DNA of 24,000 nucleotides, from NCBI RefSeq assembly GCF_964031115.1, contig NZ_OZ035006.1, forward strand, positions 1,465,605-1,489,604, in the 5' to 3' direction. Under the pieces are notes generated by a model, which did not search any database, was not told the origin of the DNA, and worked only from the letters and a program-made list of their open reading frames with translations. Position numbers and translations under genes: made by a program. Source of the DNA: Spiroplasma endosymbiont of Clivina fossor. GTDB taxonomy: Bacteria > Bacillota_I > Bacilli_A > Mycoplasmatales > Nriv7. Positions 9,515 through 20,463 of the stretch are shown piece by piece (position 1 is the first letter of the stretch; the number at the start of each line of letters is the position of its first letter).

Positions 9515-11926
9515 TTAACGCACCATAACTTTTAAATCTTTCATTGCTTTTAAAAATAAATCATATTGCTCTTTTAAATCTTCATCAGTAAGTTGTTTTC
9601 TTGCATCATTAAAAAATAACCGTAAAGTTCAAGATTTTTTATCTTGACCAAGTTTATCAACATTTTCATACTCATTAATAAGTTGCAAATCAACTAACTT
9701 ATTACTAATATTTAACAATGGCTTAATAATACTATCATAGTTTGTATTTTTATTAACTAAAAGCGACAAATCAAATCAAGAAAACATATTTTTAATAATT
9801 GTCTGATATTTAATATCGCCTTTAAAAAGTTCATTAATTAATGTCATATTTAATGAAATAATAAAATTATCATCTTTAAAATCCAATTCTTGTTGAATTT
9901 TTGGATGCACTTTACCAATTATTGCAATTTGCTGATTTTTTACTACAACATTAGCTTGTAAATGCGGATGCAAATTATCGTATGTTGAAGGAACATACTG
10001 AATATCTTGATCATTAAAGTTTAATTTCCGCAATATTCCTTGCAATAATCCCTTAGTATTAATGAAATCAACAGTAATTGCTTGTGGCAAATAAGGAATA
10101 TCCATTCATTTACCTTGCAATAAAATTGATAATTGTTGATGATGAAATTTTAAATCATCATAAATATCTTCATAACTATAAATTTTAATATCATTAATTT
10201 TTCGAAAATTATTATATTGTGCTATTGTTAATAACGAATTTACTAAATTAGTTCTTAAATACTGATGATTTAACGACATTGGTTGTAATACCTTAACAGG
10301 TTTTGTAACATTAAAAAAATTAAAACGATTTAAATTAATACTTGATTCTAAATTATAAGTTTTTGTTTCAAAAATATTTTGATTTAATAAATAACTAATA
10401 ATTGTTTCTAAAATATATTTACTTCAATTTTTTTCTTTAGTTAATGGCATAAATAATGGCATTATATTAGGAATATTGTTATAACCATATCTGCGAGCAA
10501 TTTCCTCACTAATATCAGCCTCATTCATAATATCAAGGCGATACTTAGGGACAGTAATTATTAAATCATCATTAACGCCAGATTCCGAAATTAAAAACCC
10601 TAACGGTTTTAAAAATTCAATAATATCTTTTTTTGTTAAATCATTAATGCCTAAAATACTTTTCTGGATTTTTAATGTTGTTTTTATCGTTACATTTTCT
10701 ATCGCTAACGCTTTATTATTAATTATTGGTGATACTTGTTTAATAGTTACAATTGATGTTAATAACTCTAAAAACCTTTGGATAGCAATTTCTAAATTAT
10801 GCCCATTTGATGGTTTGGATCACCGTAATAAATTATTACCATTAAGTAATGATAAATATCTTTTTTGTTGCTCATACATCTGCTTCTCATTTAAATGTAA
10901 TGCTAAAACCACAAATTGTTTAGTCACATTAATAATTTCATATTTCTTGTTAGTCATAACACCTAACACTTCAATAATATCATCACTAGCAATGACAAAA
11001 TCTTGTAAAAATATCTCTTGTTCATTAACTTTCGTTTCTGCCATCGCTTTTTGAATTGATATTTCACTATTAATTTTTGAAAAATCATACCCTACTAATG
11101 GTTGTCCAGTTTCTCAAGAAACATAATTTAATAAATCTTGAATTAAATTATTTGGACGAATATTAGCATAACAAAGTCTTGAAAATAATCACTTTGGCGT
11201 AACGGCACTACTATCAATTAACACCGTAACATTTTTCATCGCTTTAACAAGATTATTATCAATTTTAATATCTAATGATAACTTATCATTAACTAAATTT
11301 CCTAAACGAGAAAAATCATCAGTTATTAATGATTTTAAAGGCAATTTAAAGAATGCTGCTATCTCGCGCGCTAATTCATAAGCACTTAAACAATCACTAC
11401 GATTATAGGTCAAATCAATAACAAAAGCAGTATCATTTTCAAAAATATAACTTAAAGGATTAGTATTACCTAGTTGATAATTAACATCCTCAGGAAATAA
11501 ATAAACCCCAACAGCATCTTGATTAGCTAAAACTTCCTTAGGGATTCCTAATTCTTGTAACGAACAAATCATTCCTAATGAAGGCTTATTAGCAATCATT
11601 CTTTCTTCAATAATCATGCCATTGGCTAAATGAGCACCAATTTTAGCAAAAATAACAAAACGATTTTCTTCTACATTATTAGCACCACAAACAACAGGAA
11701 TCAGTAACTCTTCATTAATATCAACCATACAATACGATAACTTATCAAAATTAGCAAGTTTAACTTTTGATAATACTTTCCCAATAACAATATTAGTATT
11801 TAAAGTATCAAAACTAAAAACTCTTTCAACTTCAAAACCACTATCATTTAATGCTTGTTCAATGTCTTCATTACTAATATTTTTTAAATCAACATATTCA
11901 TTTAAAAATTTACGGGTAAAAATCAT
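9515..11926 (-). CDS. pheT: Phenylalanine--tRNA ligase beta subunit
   Basis: ORFs 11189-11926, 10820-11044 and 9776-10105 share one frame. The tail translates to ...KDLKVMVR* with TAA at 9515-9517. 803 aa, with an N-terminal tRNA-binding domain (MIFTRKFLNEYVDL...). Confidence 0.93.
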
Positions 11927-11948
11927 ATATATACGCTCTCCTATTATT

Positions 11949-12989
11949 CTAAAAATTTCTAAATTGCTTTAAAAAACGATAGTCATTATTATAAAAATGA
12001 CGAATATCTTCAATACCATATTTTAACATTGCAATCCGCTCAATACCAATACCAAAAGCAAAACCTTGTAAAGAAGGAACAAGATTATTTTTAATAAAAA
12101 CATTCGGACTAATCATTCCAGCACCTAAAATTTCTAATCACCCTGTATGTTTACAAATACTACATCCAATACTACCAGCACACTTAGTACAACTTACATC
12201 CACCTCAACTGATGGTTCCGTAAAAGGAAAATAACTGGGGCGCAAGCGCATTTTACTTTCTTCGTTAAATAACCGTTTAATTAAATAATTTAAAGTTCAT
12301 TTCAAGTTAGCAAAGGAAATATTTGGTGCAACTAAAAAACCATCAATTTGCATAAACTGATGACTATGAGTAGCATCATCATCATCACGACGATAAACAT
12401 TACCAATAGAAACAATAGCTAACGGTAAAGAAGCATCTTTATATTTTTCTAAATAACGAGCCGTAACATTAGTACAATGTGTTCTTAACAAATAATTACT
12501 ATCTAAATAAAATGAATCTTGCATCTCACGAGCTGGATGATTTTTAGCTAAATTTAATCTTTCAAAGTTATATTCATCAGTATCTACTTCCTGTCCTTGC
12601 ACAATTTCATACCCTAACTGTTGAAAAATTTCACTAATCTCACAAATAATTAAATTTAAAGGATGGCGATTAGCAATCAAAAAACTATTTACTGGTAAAC
12701 TAACATCAATTGTTTCTGATTTTAATTCTAATGCCAAATTTTCTTGCTTTAAAAACTTTTCTTGAGTTTCGAATAAACTAATTATTTCCTTTTTAAAAAC
12801 ATTAATAATCATTCCTAAAGCAATTCTTGCTTCATTTTTTAAATTATGCATCGTTCCTAACAAAGTAGCTAATTGCGATTTTTTACCTAAATATTTTATT
12901 TTTAAAGTTTGTAAAAGGTCTAAATCTTGACATTCATTAACTTCTTTTTTTGCTTGCACTAATAATTCCTGTAATTGTTGTTCTGTCAT
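11949..12989 (-). CDS. pheS: Phenylalanine--tRNA ligase alpha subunit
   Basis: ORF 12297-12989 continues through TGA as [37 protein letters not shown]...[16 protein letters not shown]...[37 protein letters not shown] (346 aa). Class II motifs are present. Confidence 0.95.
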
Positions 12990-13053
12990 TTACTTCACCC
13001 TACTATCATATAATAACTTGCTTAATTATAACAAATTCTATGTAAACCCTAAT

Positions 13054-13092
13054 AAAAAAAGAAATTATATTTAAAATATAATTTCTTTTTTT
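13054..13092 (-). terminator. Rho-independent terminator after the GlpT-like gene (perfect palindrome, potentially bidirectional)
   Basis: AAAAAAAGAAATTATAT-TTAAA-ATATAATTTCTTTTTTT. An 11-bp perfect stem (13060-13070 / 13076-13086) is flanked by A- and T-runs. Confidence 0.75.
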
Positions 13093-13145
13093 ATCTTTCT
13101 TTTATCACAAGTAAATATTAAATCTAATTATAATAACTATAAATT

Positions 13146-14582
13146 CTATTCATTTTCATTATCATGATACGATTTATTTCATACTAATGATAATAACATA
13201 CAAGCACTTACACCACAAACTATTAAAAATATAAAGGTTGCATCCCAACGATTACCTAAACTTTGTAATCCCGAACCAATAACAAGTTTAGATATCACAG
13301 CATCACCAAAATAACCAAATATACCCGTAAAACCAGCAGCTGTCGCTACAACTCTTTTATTTGATAAATCTATCGCTTGCATCCCAATAAACGCAACTGG
13401 ACCATAAATACAAAAACCAGCAATTCCCATAAAGAGAGCAATTTGTCAAACACTTTGATATTGAGCTTGTCATAAACCAACAATTGATAATGTCGTAATC
13501 GCAATTGCTGCTATCATAATCGGTGTTAATCTTCCTTTAATTGTTTTAGCGGTAAATCCCATTAATATCGTTCCTGGAACTGCCATTCATTCAAAAATAC
13601 TTCATAATCATTTACCTTGATTTTTAACATCAAAATTATGCTGTTCTTTAAAGAAACTTAATGCTCAATCAGAAACACCATTTCTTAATACATATATAAA
13701 TAAATTAGCAAAAGCAATAATTCACAAATTTTTATTTAATAAAACATATTTTTTAAAATAATAAAATCAATTTTTTTCAACAAGGTTATTTTTACTACCA
13801 TTAGCACTAACAAATTTTTTAACTTCAATATCTAATTTTTCAGGGTAATACTTTTTATAATGTTCTTCAACTGATAACAAACCTAAACTTTCAGGGCGGT
13901 CTTTCATAAATATACAAATTAATATTCCCCCAACTAAAGCAATAGCACTAGGCAAAATAAAGTAACCCGCAATACCAATATATTCTTCTAATAATGAATG
14001 CGATATTATAATTATTATCGCAATTATTGCTGTTCCAAAATTATGCGATGTATTCCAGAAAGTCATCCGCATTTGTTTTTCTTTCGGAATAAACCAATTA
14101 GTCATACTTCTAGCGCTAGCCGGTCATCCCATTCCTTGAAATCAACCAATTAAAGCCATTGAACTCATCATTAATACAATATTAGTAATATTAGTACCCA
14201 CGGTTCATCCCATTACAAAATTCATTAATGATGACAAAATTAAACCAATTCCTAAGAATCAACGCGCATTACTACGATCACCAACAGAACCCATTACAAA
14301 TTTAGAAACCCCATAACTAAGTCCCATTGCCATACCAACTAATGAAAAAATATCTCTCGTCATTAAACCATTATTCATTAAATCATTTCCAACAACACTT
14401 CATTGTCTTCTAATAAAATAATATAATATATACGATATTATTGCTATTCAAAATACTCGCTCTTGATGAGATTTAAAATATTTTTTAATTAAAAAATCTT
14501 CAGTTAATTGTTCTTTTGCTTTTGCTGGTTTCATAAATGCAAACATTTTTGCAAATCAAATTTTCATATTTTTTATTACCAT
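13146..14582 (-). CDS. MFS transporter, organophosphate:Pi antiporter family (GlpT/UhpC-like, probable glycerol-3-phosphate transporter)
   Basis: Whole gene translated under code 4 as one frame: ...FMKPAKAKEQL...ERVFWIAIISYILYYFIRRQW...GSVGDRSNARWFL...GWFQGMGWPASARSMTNWF...GFTGIFGYFGDAV.... This parallels E. coli GlpT motif by motif. TAG stop at 13146. The start is uncertain (ATG at 14582, 14567 or 14546). Confidence 0.8.
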
Positions 14583-14595
14583 CCTTAATCATTAT

Positions 14596-15675
14596 TTAAT
14601 TTTTATTTTTTAATTCTTTTTCTTGTATCATATTAACAACATATTTAGCAATCGCTGGACTTGCACTTAAACCAGGACTAGATATACCAACAACATTAAT
14701 TCATTTTTCAGAACCCCATTCAATATGAAAATCATTTTTTGCTTCAATTGACCTTGAACCAGCAAACATACCCGTAATGCTAAAATTTAAATCCGGTTTT
14801 ATTTTTTTACCTGTTGCCATTAATTCCTGAATAGTTTCTGTTTTTAAATCAATTGTATTGTGATTATGATAATCATTATGATTTTCTGCTGTTGGACCAA
14901 TAATTATTTTATTATCAAAACTTGGAGCAACCAATATCCCCTTTCCTAAACTAGTTGGTGGTAAAAAATATATCACATCAATAGTATCTTCATTTTCACA
15001 AACTAAATACTGACCTTTTCTTAATGACAAACTAAAGTTTTTTGTTTCTTCAATATTAAACTGAGCCCCATGACCAGCACAATTAATAATTAAATCAAAA
15101 TCAGATGGGATAACATTTTTATGACCATCAAAAAATAATTTAGTTGTTAATGCCACAAAACTACAATTTTTAATAATTTTAATGCGATCATTATTTTCTC
15201 ATTGTTTAAGCAATAGCGTTACATATTTCTTAACATTTAAAATATAAGAATCAACACCTAATAAATATTTGCTAACATTTTTATTACTAGATAAATTTGC
15301 ATTTAATGTTAACAAATTACTATTAATACCATTAGCAATTCCTTGCTTGAAAAGCCGATCTAATACTTTAACATCATCTTCATTAAAACCCAACACTTGT
15401 GAAGGAGCATATTTTATAATCTCATTATTAGCTTTTTTATCGGCCAGATATCTTTTTTTTCAAATATTATGACCTTGCATTCCCAAAATTGCTTTTAAAG
15501 TTCCTGGTGTTGCATCAAAACCCATATGAATAATATTTGAATTTAAAATTGATGTTTCGGAACAAACATCTTGATTTTTTTCAATAATTGTTATTTTATT
15601 ATTAGATTGTGCTAATAATTCCTTTGCAAGTTCAAGTCCAACAATTCCTGAACCAATAATTAATATTTTTTTCAC
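14596..15675 (-). CDS. glpO: FAD-dependent glycerol-3-phosphate oxidase-like oxidoreductase (GlpO/type 2 GlpD family)
   Basis: GTG start, then dinucleotide fold MKKILIIGSGIVGLELAKEL. ...ETSILNSNIIHMGFDATPGTLKA... resembles mycoplasma GlpO. Four ORF pieces are in one frame joined by TGA. C-terminus ...GISSPGLSASPAIAKYVV.... TAA stop at 14596. Confidence 0.72.
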
Positions 15676-16443
15676 CTTAACATTCCTTCTTTCCTTACTA
15701 AACTAATCTAATATCTTAAAGTCAGTTTTATTATGACACACTATTAAGTGAAAAAAATTTTATTTTTTAAACATTATTTCATTATTAATTTATTGTTTTA
15801 AAATCTTTTTTTAATTTTGTCGAAAACTCTTGATATTTATTGAATATACTTAATTTTAGGTATATTTTTAATATGATAGAGGTGGATAATAATTATGGAA
15901 AAAAAATAATTCAAGAACTAGTAAATACTTTAACAGATGATCAATTTTTAGAATTTTATGAAAAAGTCAAACAACAAGCAGAATTAATAAAAAAACAAAA
16001 ACGGTTAAATGAAATTGATCAAAAATTTAGAGCGCAAGGTATTAAATGATCTAACTGTGAATCTTACTGTTGCGTTAAAAATGGACATAATTCAGAAGGA
16101 AAACAAAAATATTTATGTAAAAATTGCCGTGCAAGTTTTGACGCTTTTCGTAATCATTTTATTTATTGAAGTCATTTAAATTATGAACAATGAAATTTAT
16201 TGATTCAAATTTCATTGCTGGGGCAATCTAGTAAAATAATTTCTCGTTTTATTAAAACTACATTAAAAACTGCTTGATATAATCGTCAAAAATTAATGAA
16301 ATCAAAACAATTAGAAAATATCCAATTAAAATTTAAAAAATTATCTGGTAAAATCCAAATCGATGAAACATTTATTAGACTTGGTACATAACCTTTAATT
16401 TTATCTACTATTTTGATAATATTATTTCCTAGGTGAAATACAA

Positions 16444-17261
16444 ATGTTAGATAAATACAAAGACGAAAACGAATTTTATAGTTTAATAGGCATAAAATAT
16501 AAAACTTTCATGAAAATGGTAGAAATTTTAAAAGAAGGTGAAGCTAAACAAAAACAAATTGGTGGTAGACCAAATAAATTATCAATAGAGCAAAGATTAC
16601 TTATGACTTTAGAATACTGAAAAGAATATAGTACATATCGTATTATTGCAAAAAAATATAATATTAGTCATGTTAGTTGTATTCGTAATATCTTTTGAGT
16701 TGAAAATACTCTAATAAAAAATAGTCACTTTCATATACCTGGCAAAAAGATATTATTAGAAAATAAGGGTACTACTAATAATTTATTAGCAATTGATGCT
16801 ACAGAAATTCCAATTGAAAGAATTAAAAAAAACTAAAATTATTATTTTCTGGTAAGAAAAGGCAACATTCATTAAAATCGCAAATAATTATTGATTTATT
16901 TAACAATAAAATTATTTCAGTAGATTTTTGTTATGGCAGTACTCATGATTATAAGTTATTTTTAAAATCAAATACACTTATAAATCCAAAATTAGAATTA
17001 ATTGCCGATTCAGGATATCAAGGTTTGCAAAATGTTCATAAAAATACATTATTGCCAATTAAAAAGAGTAAAAATAATCCTTTAAATCCAGATAAAAAGG
17101 AATATAATAGCTTTTTAAGTAAAGTTAGAATTGTCATTGAACATGTTTTTGCTAGATTAAAAAGATTTAAAATACTAGTTTATCGTTATCGCAATAAGAT
17201 TAGAAGATTTGGATTACGATTTAACTTAATTTCAGGAATATATAATTTTGAATTAAGCTAG
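16444..17261 (+). CDS. IS5-like DDE transposase of the nested element, two frames joined by a -1 shift (orfA 16444-16836; orfB frame 16827-17261)
   Basis: MLDKYKDENEFYSLIGIKYKTF...GGRPNKLSIEQRLLMTLEYWKEY...LLAIDATEIPIERIKK, then -1, then LKLLFSGKKRQHSLKSQIII...LIADSGYQGL...RIVIEHVFARLKRFKIL...*. Homologous along its full length to the 1832-2661 protein. Confidence 0.72.
16825..16833 (+). other. Candidate -1 frameshift site (A AAA AAC within an A8C run)
   Basis: The zero frame reads ATT AAA AAA AAC TAA. The -1 frame is open from 16827 and continues with the conserved SGKKRQHSLK segment. Confidence 0.5.
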
Positions 17262-17966
17262 TTATAGTTATGTACCAAGTCTATTAAAGAAATCCATAAA
17301 GGAAATTTCAAATATAAAACTGATCCACGAAGAATTCACCTTGACCCATTCGCAACTAATACTAAATGCTGTATTCAAATGGCAATTGATAATAATAACA
17401 ATATTTATGTTAAATCCACAAACACCAAACGTTTACAAAAACAATGAGTTATTGAAAATATGAACAAAGAATTAATTAACGAAAATTCAATTATTACTTC
17501 TGATATGCAAAAATTATATTTTTTAGTAGCAAAACAAACAAATTCTACTTTATGTGTAACTAAAACAACAATTAATCCTGAAGCTAGTTATCGTAACTTA
17601 AATAATAAAATCAGTAAATTACAATCTAGTCTTAAAGAAGCCTTAATTCATTATCATGGTTTAGGTTTTACTAATATTCAAAATTATTTAAATCTCTGAA
17701 AATGAAAATACCAACATAAGGGCTTAACTCCAAACCAACAAACAGCGGTATTATATTTTAATGTATAAAAAAGTTAAAGTAAAAATAGTAATTTTACATA
17801 AAAGCCTTTTAAAATTATCAAGTTGATGATTTTTTTTATTTTATCAAGAGTTTTCGACAAAATTAAAAAAATCTTTTGAGCATTTGATTTATATATCGTG
17901 GTAGCAATAACAATCATGTGCTATATTCTTAACCATTTTTATTTAATAAGTTTCTCTCTAAAACAT

Positions 17967-17992
17967 AAAAAAATGCAACTAAAAAAGTTACA
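17967..17992 (-). terminator. Probable rho-independent terminator after the methyltransferase gene
   Basis: Minus-strand RNA reads UGUAACU-UUUUU-AGUUGCA followed by U7. The 7-bp stem has one G-U pair. Confidence 0.45.
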
Positions 17993-18739
17993 TTAATTTT
18001 GATTCATTATTTCATAAAGACTAATAGTTAAAGCATTAGCAACATTCAAAGATTCTACTCCATTTGATGTTGGAATATAAAAATTATCATCAATTAATGG
18101 TCATAAATGAGCATTAATTCCTTTACCCTCATTACCAAATAATAATGCTACTTGACTATTAAATTTTACATCTCGCAAACGATTATTAGCATCTTTAAAT
18201 ACTGTACCATAAACTTTAAAACCTTTATCTTTTACACTAGCCATAACAAGTTCCAAATTAGTTTTAATAATATTTAAATGAAATATCGCTCCCATTGAAG
18301 TCCGAATTACTTTATCATTATAAATATCAACACTATCATTACTAATATACAATGTTTGGACATTAAAGGCAACACAACTACGAATAATGTTTCCTAAATT
18401 AGTCGGATCTTGAATCTTATCTAACATGACAACTAAATTTTTATCAACTTCATAACTATCTAAAAAACTACAAACACCAATAATTGGTTGTGGGTTAACA
18501 GTTGTAGATATTTTCTTAATAATTTGCTCATTAACAACAATTATATTACTAAAATCTTCTATTTTATTAGCAATATCTTGTGTTGTTAAAATCATTAATA
18601 ATTTATTTTGTTTCTTAGCCTCTTCAATTAAGTGAAACCCTTCAATAAGAAACTGTTCCTTTTCTTTACGATACTTGCTCTCTTTTAACTTAACTAAATC
18701 TTTAATTAATGAATTATCTATTGAATTAATTATTTTCAT
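17993..18739 (-). CDS. SpoU/TrmH-family RNA 2'-O-methyltransferase (RlmB/YsgA-like), copy 1
   Basis: ORF 18101-18739 continues through TGA as WPLIDDNFYIPTSNGVESLNVANALTISLYEIMNQN* (248 aa). SpoU motifs present: LDKIQDPTNLGNIIRS, LLFGNEGKGI, ESLNVA. Confidence 0.85.
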
Positions 18740-18763
18740 ATCAAAAATGCTTTCTAAAATTAA

Positions 18764-18846
18764 TGGTGCCCAAGATCGGACTCGAACCGATACGGATCAA
18801 CCGATGGTTTTTGAGACCATTGTGTCTACCATTCCACCACTTGGGC
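18764..18846 (-). tRNA. tRNA-Leu (anticodon CAA), class II with long variable arm, CCA encoded; copy 1
   Basis: Minus strand reads GCCCAAG-TG-GTG-GAATGGTAGA-CAC-A-ATGGT-CTCAAAA-ACCAT-CGGTTGATCCGT-ATCGG-TTCGAGT-CCGAT-CTTGGGC-A-CCA. The acceptor, anticodon and T stems pair perfectly. Confidence 0.9.
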
Positions 18847-19559
18847 CTTATTTTTTAAATATATAGTATTTTCCGAAAAAATCAATATTTCCCCCAACAA
18901 AATCGTGTAAATCACACACAGTTATTAGACTATGCTTCTCTTAATTGATTTCATAATACCATATTTTGTATTATTAAAATTAAAAATAATTTTTAATTTT
19001 GTCGAAAACTCTTGATATTTATTGAATATACTTAATTTTAGGTATATTTTTAATATGATAGAGGTGGATAATAATTATGGAAAAAAAATAATTCAAGAAC
19101 TAGTAAATACTTTAACAGATGATCAATTTTTAGAATTTTATGAAAAAGTCAAACAACAAGCAGAATTAATAAAAAAACAAAAACGGTTAAATGAAATTGA
19201 TCAAAAATTTAGAGCGCAAGGTATTAAATGATCTAACTGTGAATCTTACTGTTGCGTTAAAAATGGACATAATTCAGAAGGAAAACAAAAATATTTATGT
19301 AAAAATTGCCGTGCAAGTTTTGACGCTTTTCGTAATCATTTTATTTATTGAAGTCATTTAAATTATGAACAATGAAATTTATTGATTCAAATTTCATTGC
19401 TGGGGCAATCTAGTAAAATAATTTCTCGTTTTATTAAAACTACATTAAAAACTGCTTGATATAATCGTCAAAAATTAATGAAATCAAAACAATTAGAAAA
19501 TATCCAATTAAAATTTAAAAAATTATCTGGTAAAATCCAAATCGATGAAACATTTATTA

Positions 19560-20463
19560 GACTTGGTACATAACCTTTAATTTTATCTACTATTTTGATA
19601 ATATTATTTCCTAGGTGAAATACAAATGTTAGATAAATACAAAGACGAAAACAAATTTTATAGTTTAATAGGCATAAAATATAAAACTTTCATGAAAATG
19701 GTAGAAATTTTAAAAGAAGGTGAAGCTAAACAAAAACAAATTGGTGGTAGACCAAATAAATTATCAATAGAGCAAAGATTACTTATGACTTTAGAATACT
19801 GAAAAGAATATAGTACATATCGTATTATTGCAAAAAAATATAATATTAGTCATGTTAGTTGTATTCGTAATATCTTTTGAGTTGAAAATACTCTAATAAA
19901 AAATAGTCACTTTCATATACCTGGCAAAAAGATATTATTAGAAAATAAGGGTACTACTAATAATTTATTAGCAATTGATGCTACAGAAATTCCAATTGAA
20001 AGAATTAAAAAAAACTAAAATTATTATTTTCTGGTAAGAAAAGGCAACATTCATTAAAATCGCAAATAATTATTGATTTATTTAACAATAAAATTATTTC
20101 AGTAGATTTTTGTTATGGCAGTACTCATGATTATAAGTTATTTTTAAAATCAAATACACTTATAAATCCAAAATTAGAATTAATTGCCGATTCAGGATAT
20201 CAAGGTTTGCAAAATGTTCATAAAAATACATTATTGCCAATTAAAAAGAGTAAAAATAATCCTTTAAATCCAGATAAAAAGGAATATAATAGCTTTTTAA
20301 GTAAAGTTAGAATTGTCATTGAACATGTTTTTGCTAGATTAAAAAGATTTAAAATACTAGTTTATCGTTATCGCAATAAGATTAGAAGATTTGGATTACG
20401 ATTTAACTTAATTTCAGGAATATATAATTTTGAATTAAGCTAGTTATAGTTATGTACCAAGTC
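19560..20463 (+). mobile_element. Nested IS5-family-like element inside IS-C
   Basis: Same IRs and TATTA flanks as 16378-17281. One substitution (19653 A vs 16471 G) changes E to K in orfA. Confidence 0.9.
19626..20443 (+). CDS. IS5-like DDE transposase of the nested element (copy 2), with the same -1 frame junction at 20007-20015
   Basis: Offset copy of 16444-17261. The ORF-track entry 20207-20443 is identical to 17025-17261. Confidence 0.72.

Larger units (their letters stand above)
16378..17281 (+). mobile_element. Nested IS5-family-like element (904 bp) inside IS-B
   Basis: Perfect 15-bp IRs GACTTGGTACATAAC (16378-16392) and GTTATGTACCAAGTC (17267-17281). The target TATTA is present on both sides (16373-16377 and 17282-17286) but only once in the uninterrupted copy D (CATTTATTAAAGAAATCC). 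Confidence 0.9.
15873..17768 (+). pseudogene. IS-B transposase, interrupted after ...IQIDETFI by the nested IS (fragments 15873-16377 and 17282-17768)
   Basis: Compared with the intact copy D: an A8 rather than A6 run at the start shifts initiation to the upstream ATG at 15873. CPKC becomes W(TGA)SNC at 16047. One extra AAT codon. The DDE region is split at 16377/17282. Confidence 0.8.
15809..17868 (+). mobile_element. IS1595-like copy B, carrying a nested IS5-like element
   Basis: IRs TTAATTTTGTCGAAAACTCTTGATA (15811-15835) and its complement (17842-17866). 8-bp direct repeat AAATCTTT at 15801-15808 and 17869-17876. Confidence 0.88.

Noticed and set aside
10647-11054. 135-aa plus-strand ORF
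   Set aside because: Antisense to the middle of pheT, which is continuous on the minus strand under code 4. The sequence is low-complexity and hydrophobic.
12990-13053. Possible T-box leader upstream of pheS
   Set aside because: Only ~60 nt separate the upstream terminator from the pheS ATG. That is far too short for a T-box, and no specifier or T-box sequence is evident.
15269-15472. 67-aa plus-strand ORF
   Set aside because: Antisense to the glpO-like gene, with no RBS or recognisable motif.
5712-15675. Apparent pseudogenisation: many housekeeping genes are split into 2-5 ORFs
   Set aside because: All internal stops I checked are TGA and all pieces are in frame. This is a genetic-code artefact, not gene decay.
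15890-15905. A8 run at the start of the IS-B/IS-C transposase as a programmed frameshift site
   Set aside because: Copies A and D have A6 and read straight through. The 2-nt difference is a homopolymer indel that merely shifts initiation to an upstream ATG.
18675-18866. 63-aa plus-strand ORF (also at 21857-22048)
   Set aside because: It runs antisense across the methyltransferase start and the tRNA-Leu gene. The tRNA cloverleaf explains this sequence.
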